From an uncultured Chloroflexia bacterium (GTDB lineage: Bacteria > Chloroflexota > Ktedonobacteria > Ktedonobacterales > JADMIN01), in contig CAVPDP010000019.1 in assembly GCA_963702665.1 (NCBI GenBank), positions 331,023 through 395,022 of the forward strand: a stretch of DNA of 64,000 nt. Direction: 5' to 3'. Numbering within the stretch: the first letter of the stretch is position 1; each line of letters begins with the position of its first letter. Shown piece by piece: positions 19,658 through 28,110 of the stretch. Both the position numbers and the translations under genes were made by a program. The notes below the pieces were generated by a model. It worked only from the letters and a program-made list of their open reading frames with translations. It was not told where the DNA came from and made no database searches.

Positions 19658-21082
19658 ATGATTACCGGCAAGATTCTCAAAACCTACGGTTGGCCCGAAG
19701 GCAAGATCATCGGGCTGGCCAAAGCCGCCGCTGAAGACCTGGCGAAGACCGGGCTTGAGCAGGGCGCTATACTCGTCTGGCTGGATGGCGTGCGCGAAGA
19801 GCCAGGGAAATACCTGGCCGATCCGATGTTCGCCACGCTGGCGCGCGAGTGCCTTCGCCGCGCCAAAGCGCCACATGACGAGACAGCTGATATTGTTCGC
19901 GACCAGCCAGTGGCCTTCACGATCTGGGGTGAAAACCTGATCGAGCCTCAGGCGGTCGCCCAGATGGAAAACGCCATGCGGCTACCCGTCGCCATGGTGG
20001 GCGCGCTGATGCCCGACGCGCACGTGGGCTACGGCCTGCCCATCGGCGGCGTGTTGGCGGCGGATGACGCGGTCATCCCGTATGCCGTCGGCGTCGATAT
20101 TGGCTGTCGCATGCGGCTCTCCGTCTATGACGTCTCGCCCTATGTGCTTGGCCAGCGGCGCACCGATTTTCGCAACGCGCTGCTAGATCGCACACGCTTT
20201 GGTATGCGTGAGGGTTGGGAGGTACGCGACCGCCCCGATCATCCCGTGCTGGCTGACCCGGCCTGGGAGGCGACGCGGCTGCTCAAGTCGCTCAAGATCA
20301 AGGCGCAGATCCAGTTAGGCACATCTGGCAGCGGCAATCACTTCGTCGAGTGGGGCGCTTTCCGCCTCTATGCCGATGATGAGCAGCTTGGCCTGAAGGC
20401 GGGCGAATATCTGGCGCTGCTGTCGCATAGCGGCTCGCGGGGTGTCGGCTTCAAGATCGCGAAGACATATACCGAGCTGGCGTCGCGTGAGCATCCACTG
20501 CTGGATTCGTCGCTGCGCCATCTGGCGTGGCTCTCGCTGTGCAGCGAGGCGGGCCAGGAATACTGGCTCTCGATGCAGCTTGCGGGTCGCTTCGCCTCGG
20601 CGAATCACGCTGTCATCCATCGTCGGGTGGCGACTGCGCTGAAGCTGAAGGAGGCGGCAGCCGTAGAGAACTTTCACAATTTCGCCTGGCTTGAAGTGTT
20701 GGCTGATGGCTCGCGCGCCGTCGTTCACCGTAAAGGCGCCACACCAGCGGGCGCGGGCGTGCTGGGCATCATTCCTGGCTCGATGGGTGATGCTGGCTAC
20801 GTCGTGCGCGGGCGTGGCTCATCTGTGGCTCTCGACTCCGCCTCGCATGGCGCGGGCCGCCGGATGAGCCGCCGGGCCGCCTTCGATTCGATCACGAAGA
20901 CGGCGCGCGACACCTATCTGCGCGAGCGGGGTGTCACGTTGCTCGGCGGCAATGTGGACGAGTCGCCCCAGGCGTACAAAGATATCGAGACGGTTGTCGC
21001 CGCACAGAGCGACCTGATCGACGTGCTGGGCAAGTTCACGCCGCGCCTGGTGCGCATGGCCGAAGAGGCGGGCGAGTTCTAA
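19658..21082 (+). CDS. rtcB: RNA-splicing ligase RtcB
   Basis: DAHVGYGLPIGGV, GSGNHFVEW, SHSGSRGVG, HRKGATPA, IPGSMG, SASHGAGR. ATG at 19658. Confidence 0.92.
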   Translation: MITGKILKTYGWPEGKIIGLAKAAAEDLAKTGLEQGAILVWLDGVREEPGKYLADPMFATLARECLRRAKAPHDETADIVRDQPVAFTIWGENLIEPQAVAQMENAMRLPVAMVGALMPDAHVGYGLPIGGVLAADDAVIPYAVGVDIGCRMRLSVYDVSPYVLGQRRTDFRNALLDRTRFGMREGWEVRDRPDHPVLADPAWEATRLLKSLKIKAQIQLGTSGSGNHFVEWGAFRLYADDEQLGLKAGEYLALLSHSGSRGVGFKIAKTYTELASREHPLLDSSLRHLAWLSLCSEAGQEYWLSMQLAGRFASANHAVIHRRVATALKLKEAAAVENFHNFAWLEVLADGSRAVVHRKGATPAGAGVLGIIPGSMGDAGYVVRGRGSSVALDSASHGAGRRMSRRAAFDSITKTARDTYLRERGVTLLGGNVDESPQAYKDIETVVAAQSDLIDVLGKFTPRLVRMAEEAGEF

Positions 21083-21158
21083 CAGCCCTCCGGTATTCCA
21101 TTGTTCGCATGACAGTGGAGCCGGAGGGTTTCTGCTGTGCTGTACGGAGGGGGCTATT

Positions 21159-22113
21159 ATGCTGATACGTCCACTCGACCCTGCGCGCGACTTTCCGGCG
21201 CTGGCCGCGTTGTTCGCCACGCGCGATCCTGAGCCGCCGACGCCTGAACTGCTTCAAGAATGGGAGGGCAACGCGCCAGCGGGACTGGTACGCCAGCGGC
21301 TCGTCGCCATCGATGACGCGGGTGAGAATTCACTGGTCTGGCTACAGCGATGCCGTGCACTGGCCCTGGGATGCGCCAATCTCATTCGCGCTAGCGACGC
21401 TGGTAGCTCCCGATTATCGGCGGCAGGGGCTTGGCGCGCAACTGACCGATGCGGCGTTGACGTTTGCGCGGGAACAGGGAGCGACACGGCTGGTGGCGGA
21501 GGTGCGCGACAACATTCCCGAAGGGCTGCGCTTTGCCGAGCGCTACGGCTTCCAACTGAATCGCCATATCTTCGAGTCACGGCTGCAACTGGCTACATTT
21601 GATGAGCAGCCATTCGCGGGCGCGGTTGGTCACGTGGAGGCTGCGGGCATTCGGTTCTTCACGCTGGCCGATGTTGGCGATACCGACGAGGCGCGACGAA
21701 GGCTCTACGATGTCAATGCTGCGCTGGTACGTGACGAGCCGGGACACGACAGCGACTTTATGCCGTTCGCGCAGTTCCAGAAGACGGTCTGTAGCGCGTC
21801 GTGGTATCGCCCGGATGGCCAGATCGTCGCGGCGGTGGGCGATGACTGGATTGGCATGGCGGCGGTCGGCTACTTCGCGGCAACCAACTCGATGTATAAC
21901 ATGTTTACAGGGGTAGAATCCGCGTGGCGGGGCAAGGGAATCGCGCTGGCGCTCAAACTGCTGGCCATCGACTGTGCCCGCCGCTATGGCGCCGACTACA
22001 TCAGCACTAACAACGATTCTGAGAATGCGCCGATGCTGGCCATCAATCGCAGGCTTGGCTATCAGCCAGAGCCAGGATTCTATCGCATGATGCGCGAACT
22101 GGCATTCTCATAG
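21159..22113 (+). pseudogene. tandem-GNAT N-acetyltransferase, split by a frameshift near 21320-21345
   Basis: ORF 21159.. gives the N-terminus up to VAIDDAG. ORF 21313..22113 continues with GYSDAV...APDYRRQGLGAQL and a second GNAT module (VESAWRGKGIALALKL). Confidence 0.75.
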
Positions 22114-22452
22114 CTACAACGGCAGGTAGGTGAACAGGTCGGTTTCTCTAAACCGGGCCACACGCTGGCGCATCTCTCCATAGAACTCTGGTTTGCTCGC
22201 CTCGTTCACTGCCTTCTTTTGACGGAAAAGCGCATCTTGCGCGCGAAAGAAAGCGTCCATCTGCTCGCGGTGTTCCATATAGTAGAGGATCGTCCCGTAG
22301 ACATCCTGGAGCGAAAGCAGGGAAAAGCTAGCCTGTATCTCTTCTGGCGAATATCCCTGCTCCCAGAGCGCGATGACGCTATAGACGGAGACGCCGCTGT
22401 CGCCGACGTACCAGCCGCCATCTCGCTGGCGCACATACTCGACTGCCTGCAT
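22114..22452 (-). CDS. DUF433 domain protein (antitoxin-like HTH) with a C-terminal extension
   Basis: ATG 22452. The segment GGWYVGDSGVSVYSVIALWEQGYSPEEIQASFSLLSLQDVYGTILYY matches the DUF433 pattern. No PIN or DUF5615 partner gene is adjacent. Confidence 0.7.
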   Translation of the reverse strand: MQAVEYVRQRDGGWYVGDSGVSVYSVIALWEQGYSPEEIQASFSLLSLQDVYGTILYYMEHREQMDAFFRAQDALFRQKKAVNEASKPEFYGEMRQRVARFRETDLFTYLPL

Positions 22453-22574
22453 TGGTGTTCCTCGATGCCTGTCCAGCGCTGAAAAAACGCCACAATTACC
22501 GTTCGTCGTCATTGTATCATGTGTTGAACGAATTACGCGGCCAGCGCTTAAATGCCATTGGAGGGATACACACC

Positions 22575-23234
22575 ATGTCACTCGACCCGGAGCATCTCGC
22601 GAGTACACGTGCGACCTATGATCGCATTGCGGACGAATATGCGGCGCGTATCGCGGGCGAACTGGCGGGCAAGCCGCTAGACCGTGCGCTGTTGGCGTGC
22701 TTTGCCGAGCAAGTGGATGGCATGGGCACAGCGGTGGATATGGGCTGTGGCCCCGGCCACGTCGCCGCGTATCTCCACGAGTTGGGCGTGCCAATGATCG
22801 GAATCGATCTCTCGCCGGAGATGGTGGCAGTTGCCCGGCAGCGTTCGCCGAACATCGCCTTCGAGCAGGGTTCGATGCTGGCGCTCGCTACGCCTGATGC
22901 GGCGTGGGGCGGCATCGTGGCGTTCTATTCGATCATCCACCTGCCACCTGAGGCGCGACCACAGGCGCTGGCGGAGTTCTATCGAGCGCTGCAGCCAGGT
23001 GGCCTGCTATTTCTGGCGTTCCACATCGGCGACGAGCAGCGCCACCTGGACGAGTGGTGGGATCAGCCTGTCTCGCTAGATGTCTGGTTTCTGCAGCCAG
23101 CGGAGATCGAGACCCTGCTCCGCAACGCTGGATTCACCGTTGAGATGTCGCTGGTGCGACAGCCCTACGCGCCTGATGTAGAGCATCAGAGCCAGCGAGC
23201 GTATATTTTCGCGCGTAAGCCAATGACTATCTAG
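22575..23234 (+). CDS. class I SAM-dependent methyltransferase
   Basis: ATG 22575 follows GGAGGG. Motif I is AVDMGCGPGHVAAYL, then IGIDLSPEMV. Confidence 0.8.
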   Translation: MSLDPEHLASTRATYDRIADEYAARIAGELAGKPLDRALLACFAEQVDGMGTAVDMGCGPGHVAAYLHELGVPMIGIDLSPEMVAVARQRSPNIAFEQGSMLALATPDAAWGGIVAFYSIIHLPPEARPQALAEFYRALQPGGLLFLAFHIGDEQRHLDEWWDQPVSLDVWFLQPAEIETLLRNAGFTVEMSLVRQPYAPDVEHQSQRAYIFARKPMTI

Positions 23235-24031
23235 CTCCCGCTTGGTGTCACTACCGCGCTCGTTACCAGTGTCAGCCCGGCAGGCAACGAACCCGATTTG
23301 AGGTAGGCGGCCAGTTGCTTCGCACCGACCTCATCCATGCCGCTGATCTGCGCCGCGCCATCAATTTCGCTCTGGATAACCGCTGACTCGATGACGACAT
23401 CATTGGCCGTTATCGTCAGAGACAGGCCGACATGCGACGCCGTGTAGCTGGCGAACTGCTGTCTGGCCGATCCCGCGAACTCGAACTGCACGAGCCATAT
23501 TCCACCGTGCGTGATATCCTGCTGGACGTTTACCTGATTGGGATCCATCTGATCGCCAGTGAATATGATGCGATAGTGGTTCGCGTCGCAGGCGTTGACG
23601 CAGGTCTGCCCCTTTGTGCTCGTGCCGACGGGGAGGAATGTGTCACCTGTGTCGAGTATCGTGACTGCGCCAACGCTCGTCAGCAGCGCTATGATATCCG
23701 CGATTTGTGTGTTGCTGGTCATGCCCGGCAGCTCAACGATGAGAGTCGCTGCACCATCCGAGCGCACAACGACATCTGGAACAGCGGTGTACGCGTTAAT
23801 CCGCCGCGAGAGTACGACAGCAGCCGCGTCGCGCTGCTTCGTCAGGTCGCAGTTAGGGGCTGTCGGTAGGCATGCCACGTGCAGGGTGAGGCGAGCGCCG
23901 CCGTCACGTGCGAGTGAGTGCTGAGGCGCGGGAGACTTCCAAATGCTGATAGGCCCGCAGGCCGTGAGCGCCAGCGTACCTATCAGCAGACAGAAAAGGA
24001 TGAGGTAACGTCCATTCCATCGCATCGGCAT
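23231..24031 (-). CDS. lipoprotein with SecD/SecF P1-head-like domain
   Basis: ATG 24031 follows AAGGAG. The lipobox is LALTAC. The pattern RINAYTAVPDVVVRSDGAATLIVELPG...LTITANDVVIESAVIQSEIDGAAQISG...AAYLKSGSLPAGL resembles the SecD periplasmic domain. Confidence 0.5.
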   Translation of the reverse strand: MPMRWNGRYLILFCLLIGTLALTACGPISIWKSPAPQHSLARDGGARLTLHVACLPTAPNCDLTKQRDAAAVVLSRRINAYTAVPDVVVRSDGAATLIVELPGMTSNTQIADIIALLTSVGAVTILDTGDTFLPVGTSTKGQTCVNACDANHYRIIFTGDQMDPNQVNVQQDITHGGIWLVQFEFAGSARQQFASYTASHVGLSLTITANDVVIESAVIQSEIDGAAQISGMDEVGAKQLAAYLKSGSLPAGLTLVTSAVVTPSGS

Positions 24032-24288
24032 CTCTGATGGCTCCTTAATCACCCGAATCACCCGCGCGAATATGTTAGCGGCTTGAGCCACTACCCCGAC
24101 AGGCCACTCTCTGCCAAGCATACAATGTGTCGGCATGTCAGGGCAATGCGTAGGCGCCCAAAACCAGACGTTCACACTCTATGGACGGATCAAGTGCGAG
24201 CGACTGTGCTATCAGGTTGGATTCCCGCTGGATGTGAGGATGCGGGTCTACAGTTTCGGATGGGGTGGTTCATCATGCGTCGGCATCA

Positions 24289-24507
24289 CTACGTTCCTGG
24301 GCAATACGTTTTACTTTCGGCTAATTCTTCGTCGTCAGCCCCCAAGGCGCGCAAGAGTTCTTCATCGGTGAAGTAGATGGTTCCCTGAGTCTCAGTGAGC
24401 GCGTTGACCATCCGCTCAATAAGCTGCTCGGGTGTCTCCTGGTCACGTGCTGCTACCTGACGCAGGGTCTCATATTGCTCATCAGTGAGTTCAAAGACGT
24501 GGCTCAT
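24289..24507 (-). CDS. small acidic helical protein, paralog B of a tandem pair (3' end apparently frameshifted)
   Basis: GAGAGG lies 7 nt upstream of ATG 24507. The peptide begins MSHVFELTDEQYETLRQVAA... Compared with paralog A, an extra base at 24311-24319 shifts the tail. The corrected frame reads ...KRIAQERSDADA with its stop at 24273. Confidence 0.6.
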   Translation of the reverse strand: MSHVFELTDEQYETLRQVAARDQETPEQLIERMVNALTETQGTIYFTDEELLRALGADDEELAESKTYCPGT

Positions 24508-24518
24508 CAGCCGACCTC

Positions 24519-24737
24519 TCAATCGAAGGCAATACGTTTTGCTTCGGTGATTTGCTCGTCTGTCGCCCCAAGATGGTGGAACCAGTCATCGGTGGTGAAT
24601 GCATGGGAGGATGCCTGGCGGTTGTGCAATTCTTGTATCAACGCTTCGATAAGCGCATCAAGCGTCTCTCCCCGCTCATCGGCAGCTTGCCGCAATGTTT
24701 CATATTGCTCGTCGGTAAGTTCAATGATATGGCTCAT
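24519..24737 (-). CDS. small acidic helical protein, paralog A of a tandem pair
   Basis: GAGAGG lies 7 nt upstream of ATG 24737. The 72-aa peptide reads MSHIIELTDEQYETLRQAADERGETLDALIEALI...FTTDDWFHHLGATDEQITEAKRIAFD. Its stop overlaps the SD of paralog B. Confidence 0.65.
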   Translation of the reverse strand: MSHIIELTDEQYETLRQAADERGETLDALIEALIQELHNRQASSHAFTTDDWFHHLGATDEQITEAKRIAFD

Positions 24738-24843
24738 ACGCCTGCCTCTCATGTGGGAATGCATCATCATGATGACGTGTTCCATTCCACTGTATCACGC
24801 AATGAAACAGCGCCAGAGACCAGCCGTTTGCGACAGGCAGACG

Positions 24844-26315
24844 CTACAGCTTCGGGATGAGGGGACCCAACTGGTCCGCAGCGGGTTCCGCTCAGCAGAA
24901 CCACGGCTCGCTCAGATGGGGTACGGGGCGTCGCGCCCGCCGCAATGCGCCTGTATCGTCACGTGTATCGTCACCGACGCCCGCGCCCACCAACACTGGA
25001 ATCGATGTCCCCAGCCGCTCCGAGGCCAGACGTGGATGGCGGCAAACGTCACCGGAATCGGCTCGCGCGCGCTGGCGGCGCGTTCGACAATCGCCTGTAC
25101 CTCGCGCTGCAATGCATCCATGCGCGGGTCGGGGTGTTGCCAGGTGTAGCTGAGCGCCTCTTCATCCAGCGGGCCAAGCCACGCCCGCCCGTCGGGGTCA
25201 TCCAGCAGCGCGGAACCGGGCGGTACCAGCAGTCGGATGGCATACTGGATCGGGTCGACGTGTTCGATCAAATCGTGTTCGGCGATGAAGTCGAGCACAT
25301 CGAGGTAGTCGCGCGCGGTCGTCCACGGCGTGAAGGCGACGAACGTGGGCCGCATCGGGATACCCGCGTCGTCCAGGATGCCCAACGCCTCCGCCACATC
25401 GGCGCGACTGTGCCCCTTCTTCAGGTGGCGCAGCACGCCCTCGCTCAGCGATTCGACGGCGGAGACGACGAAGATGCAGCCGAGCGCGGCCAGCTCAGGG
25501 AAGACCTCGCGGCGCTCCAAAATATGCTCCACCTTGATCGTCGCGTCGAAGGTGACATCGGGAAACTCGGCGTGGAGCGCGCGGGCGATTTCCAGCGAGT
25601 GGCGCGGCCCATTGAGAAAATCGGGGTCGCCAAAGGTGATGTGCTCGACGCCAGCGCGCACCTGGGCGCGGATATCTTCGAGGACGAGCGGGCGTGGCAC
25701 GACGAAGAAGCGTCCGCCATAGACGGGCGTAATGGGGCAGTGGGCGCAGGTATGCAGACAGCCACGGCTCGCCTCGACGTATCCCGCCGGAACCACCTCG
25801 TCGCCGCGCACCAGATAGGCGTACGACTGCGGCGCAGGGAGCGCGCTGCGTTCGGGTACGGCGTGATCTAGCCGCCGCAGCACAGGGGTCGCCTGATGCT
25901 CGCGCGTGCGCACGCCAGGAATCGCGCCCGCGTCTGACGTTTCGAGCGACTCGGCCAGCGCCAGCAGCGCCTCCTCATACTCGCCGCCGATCACCGAGTC
26001 GGCGATGGTTCGCAGCAGATACTCGGCGTTGAGGGTGGCGTAGAGGCCGTAGACGCAGATGTGGGCGGTGGGGTTGAGCCTTCGCACACGCGCGGCCACA
26101 TGCATGCCCAGGCGCAGCGCGGTATGCATCGGCGCGGAGACGGCCACCAGTTTCGCCCGCATGATGGCCTGGTCGGAAAGCTCGGAGACGGATGTATCCA
26201 CCGCCGCCGGGGAAAATCCAGCGCGGCGCAGAACCGCCAGTGGCGAGGCAAGACTCAGCGGCTGGTGGCCCAGTTCGTAGCATGCTACCAGCAGGATCGC
26301 GCCGGGGTCTCTCAT
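24844..26315 (-). CDS. B12-binding-domain-type radical SAM protein with a C-terminal CUAEP selenocysteine tail
   Basis: N-terminal Rossmann-like domain (ILLVACYELGHQPLSLASP...), radical SAM CxxxCxxC (SRGCLHTCAHCP). The called stop at 24912 is bypassed in the adjacent frame, which reads ...PHLSEPWFC-UGA(24892-24894)-AEPAADQLGPLIPKL-TAG(24844-24846). This needs one frame change between ~24920 and ~25050. Confidence 0.8.
24863..24877 (-). promoter_or_regulatory. SECIS-like hairpin 14 nt downstream of the radical SAM UGA
   Basis: GGACC-AGUUG-GGUCC. The apical loop starts 20 nt after the UGA and has G at its second position. Confidence 0.45.
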
Positions 26316-26632
26316 TTCTTCGCAGGCGCCGCAGGTGCGCCGCCCTTGCCTTTGGCGCCGCTCGCTCCCTCAGGAACCCAGCCCTCCGGCATCTGTTCAT
26401 CCTCACCAAAGAAGAACTTTTCCATCTCCTGCCGGAGGATCTGGCGCGCATCGGGGTCGGCCAGATTGAGACCGTAGTGGTTGATGAGCAGGCGTGAATG
26501 TTCCTGCCACATGTCCCAGGCCTCCTGAGAGATATTCTCATAGATGCGCTGGCCCAGTTCACCGGGAACCGGCGGTTTCTCCAGACCCGGCAACTCCTGG
26601 CCCAGTTTGACACAATGCACCATTCGCGCCAT
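26312..26632 (-). CDS. yggX: Fe(2+)-trafficking / oxidative-damage protection protein YggX
   Basis: MARMVHCVKLGQELPGLEKPPVPGELGQRIYENISQEAWDMWQEHSRLLINHYGLNL aligns closely with E. coli YggX as I remember it. Its TGA overlaps the radical SAM ATG (ATGA at 26312-26315). Confidence 0.88.
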   Translation of the reverse strand: MARMVHCVKLGQELPGLEKPPVPGELGQRIYENISQEAWDMWQEHSRLLINHYGLNLADPDARQILRQEMEKFFFGEDEQMPEGWVPEGASGAKGKGGAPAAPAKK

Positions 26633-26805
26633 ATGGCTTGCTCCTATATCTGGCCTGCGTCGGCCATTGCCGGTTCCGCATACCTCTTCCGCATACCTCG
26701 TACTGAGAGCATACTACATCCGCGTCGCATGAGGCGAGGGAATCGCGTGATATGCTGAACACGGCTGAACACATCGGCAATGGTATAGCAGCATGAAGAG
26801 GCAAG

Positions 26806-28104
26806 ATGACGAGCAAAGGTACGGCGATTCTTGGCGGCGGCGCGCTGGGGCTGACGCTGGCGTGGCGGCTGGCGCGCGCAGGTGAACGCGTGGTGGTCTA
26901 TGAGCGTGAGCCATTGGCGGGCGGTCTGGCGGCGGGCTTTCGCGTGGGCGAGGAGTGAAGGTGCCCGTGGTTGGAGAAGTTTTACCACCACCTTTTCCGT
27001 AGCGACCACGACGCTATCGCGCTGATTGGCGAACTTGGGCTGGCGGATAAGCTCTACTGGGGCCATCCCAACACCAGTTCGCTGATCGATGGCAAGCCGT
27101 GGCGATTGGATGGGGCGCTGCCCGTGCTGAAGTTCGCGCCGCTGCCGGTTGTTGACCGGCTGCGGCTGGGGGCGGTCGCCGCGCTGATGAAGGCGCTGCC
27201 CAACGCGAACCCGCTGGAGGGCGTCACCGCCTCGGCATGGCTGCGGCGCTGGCTTGGCCCACGTGGCTATTCACTGGCCTTTGAGCCGCTCTTTCGCGGC
27301 AAGTTCGGCGCATACGCCGACGAGATCGCGATGCCGTGGTTCTGGGCGCGGATACATTGTCGCACGTCCGCGCTCGGCTATCTGCGCGGTGGTTTTCAGC
27401 AGTTGTACGAGGCGCTGGCCGCTGGCATCCAGGCGCATGGCGGTGAGGTGCGACTCGGCGTGACGGTGGATTCCGCCCGGCCCGCCGATGATGGCGCCTG
27501 GCAGGTGACGACTGCGGCGGGCGAGGAGCGATTCGCCCGTGTCGTCTCGACGCTGCCAACGCGCGTGACATTTCGGGTCGTGCCCGATCTGCCCGCCGAC
27601 TTCCGCACGCGCTACGACTGGGGGCTGGCCTACGGCGCCCACTGCCTGATTCTGGCGCTGGATCGCCAATTCATGAAGGATGTCTACTGGCTGAGCATCG
27701 CCGACGAGGGCTATCCATTTCTGGCGGCGGTGGAGCATACCAACTACATCCCGGCGGAGGAGTATGGTGGTCGCCATCTGCTCTATCTCGGCAACTATCT
27801 GCCCATGGATCATCCGTTGATGCGCGCTACCCCACAAGAGGCGCTGGAGCAGTTCGTGCCGCATCTCCAGCGGCTCAATCCCGCCTTCTCACGCGACTGG
27901 ATCACCGATATGTGGGGATTCGCCGCGCCGTTCGCCCAGCCCATCGTCACCCGCGACTATCGCGCGCACATCCCGCCGCACGAGACGCCGCTGCCCGGCC
28001 TCTACCTCGCCAACATGTTCCAGGTCTACCCGCAGGATCGTGGCCAGAACTATAGCATCAAGCTGGCGAATGGGCTGGCGCAACGGCTGGCGCTGGCAAG
28101 GTGA
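26806..28104 (+). CDS. NAD(P)/FAD-dependent oxidoreductase (amine-oxidase / phytoene-desaturase-like fold) interrupted by one in-frame UGA
   Basis: ATG 26806 is followed by a dinucleotide-binding fold (TAILGGGALGLTLAWRLARAGERVVVYEREPLAGGLAAGF), then GAG GAG TGA(26956-26958) AGG TGC. The rest continues in the same frame (LEKFYHHLFRSD... to 28104, track ORF 26971..28104). Confidence 0.8.
26959..26993 (+). promoter_or_regulatory. bulged hairpin immediately 3' of the in-frame UGA (SECIS candidate)
   Basis: AGGUG-ccc-GUGGU-[12-nt loop UGGAGAAGUUUU]-ACCAC-CACCU. That is 10 bp in total, and the loop has G at position 2. Confidence 0.4.
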
Positions 28105-28110
28105 TTCTAG

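Noticed and set aside
24289-24737. The two small paralogous genes downstream of the radical SAM enzyme were considered as RiPP precursor peptides.
   Set aside because: They are 72-aa acidic, predicted-helical proteins. They have no Cys-rich or Gly-Gly-type core/leader organisation and each has its own strong SD. There is nothing beyond adjacency to support a precursor role. They are kept as hypothetical proteins.
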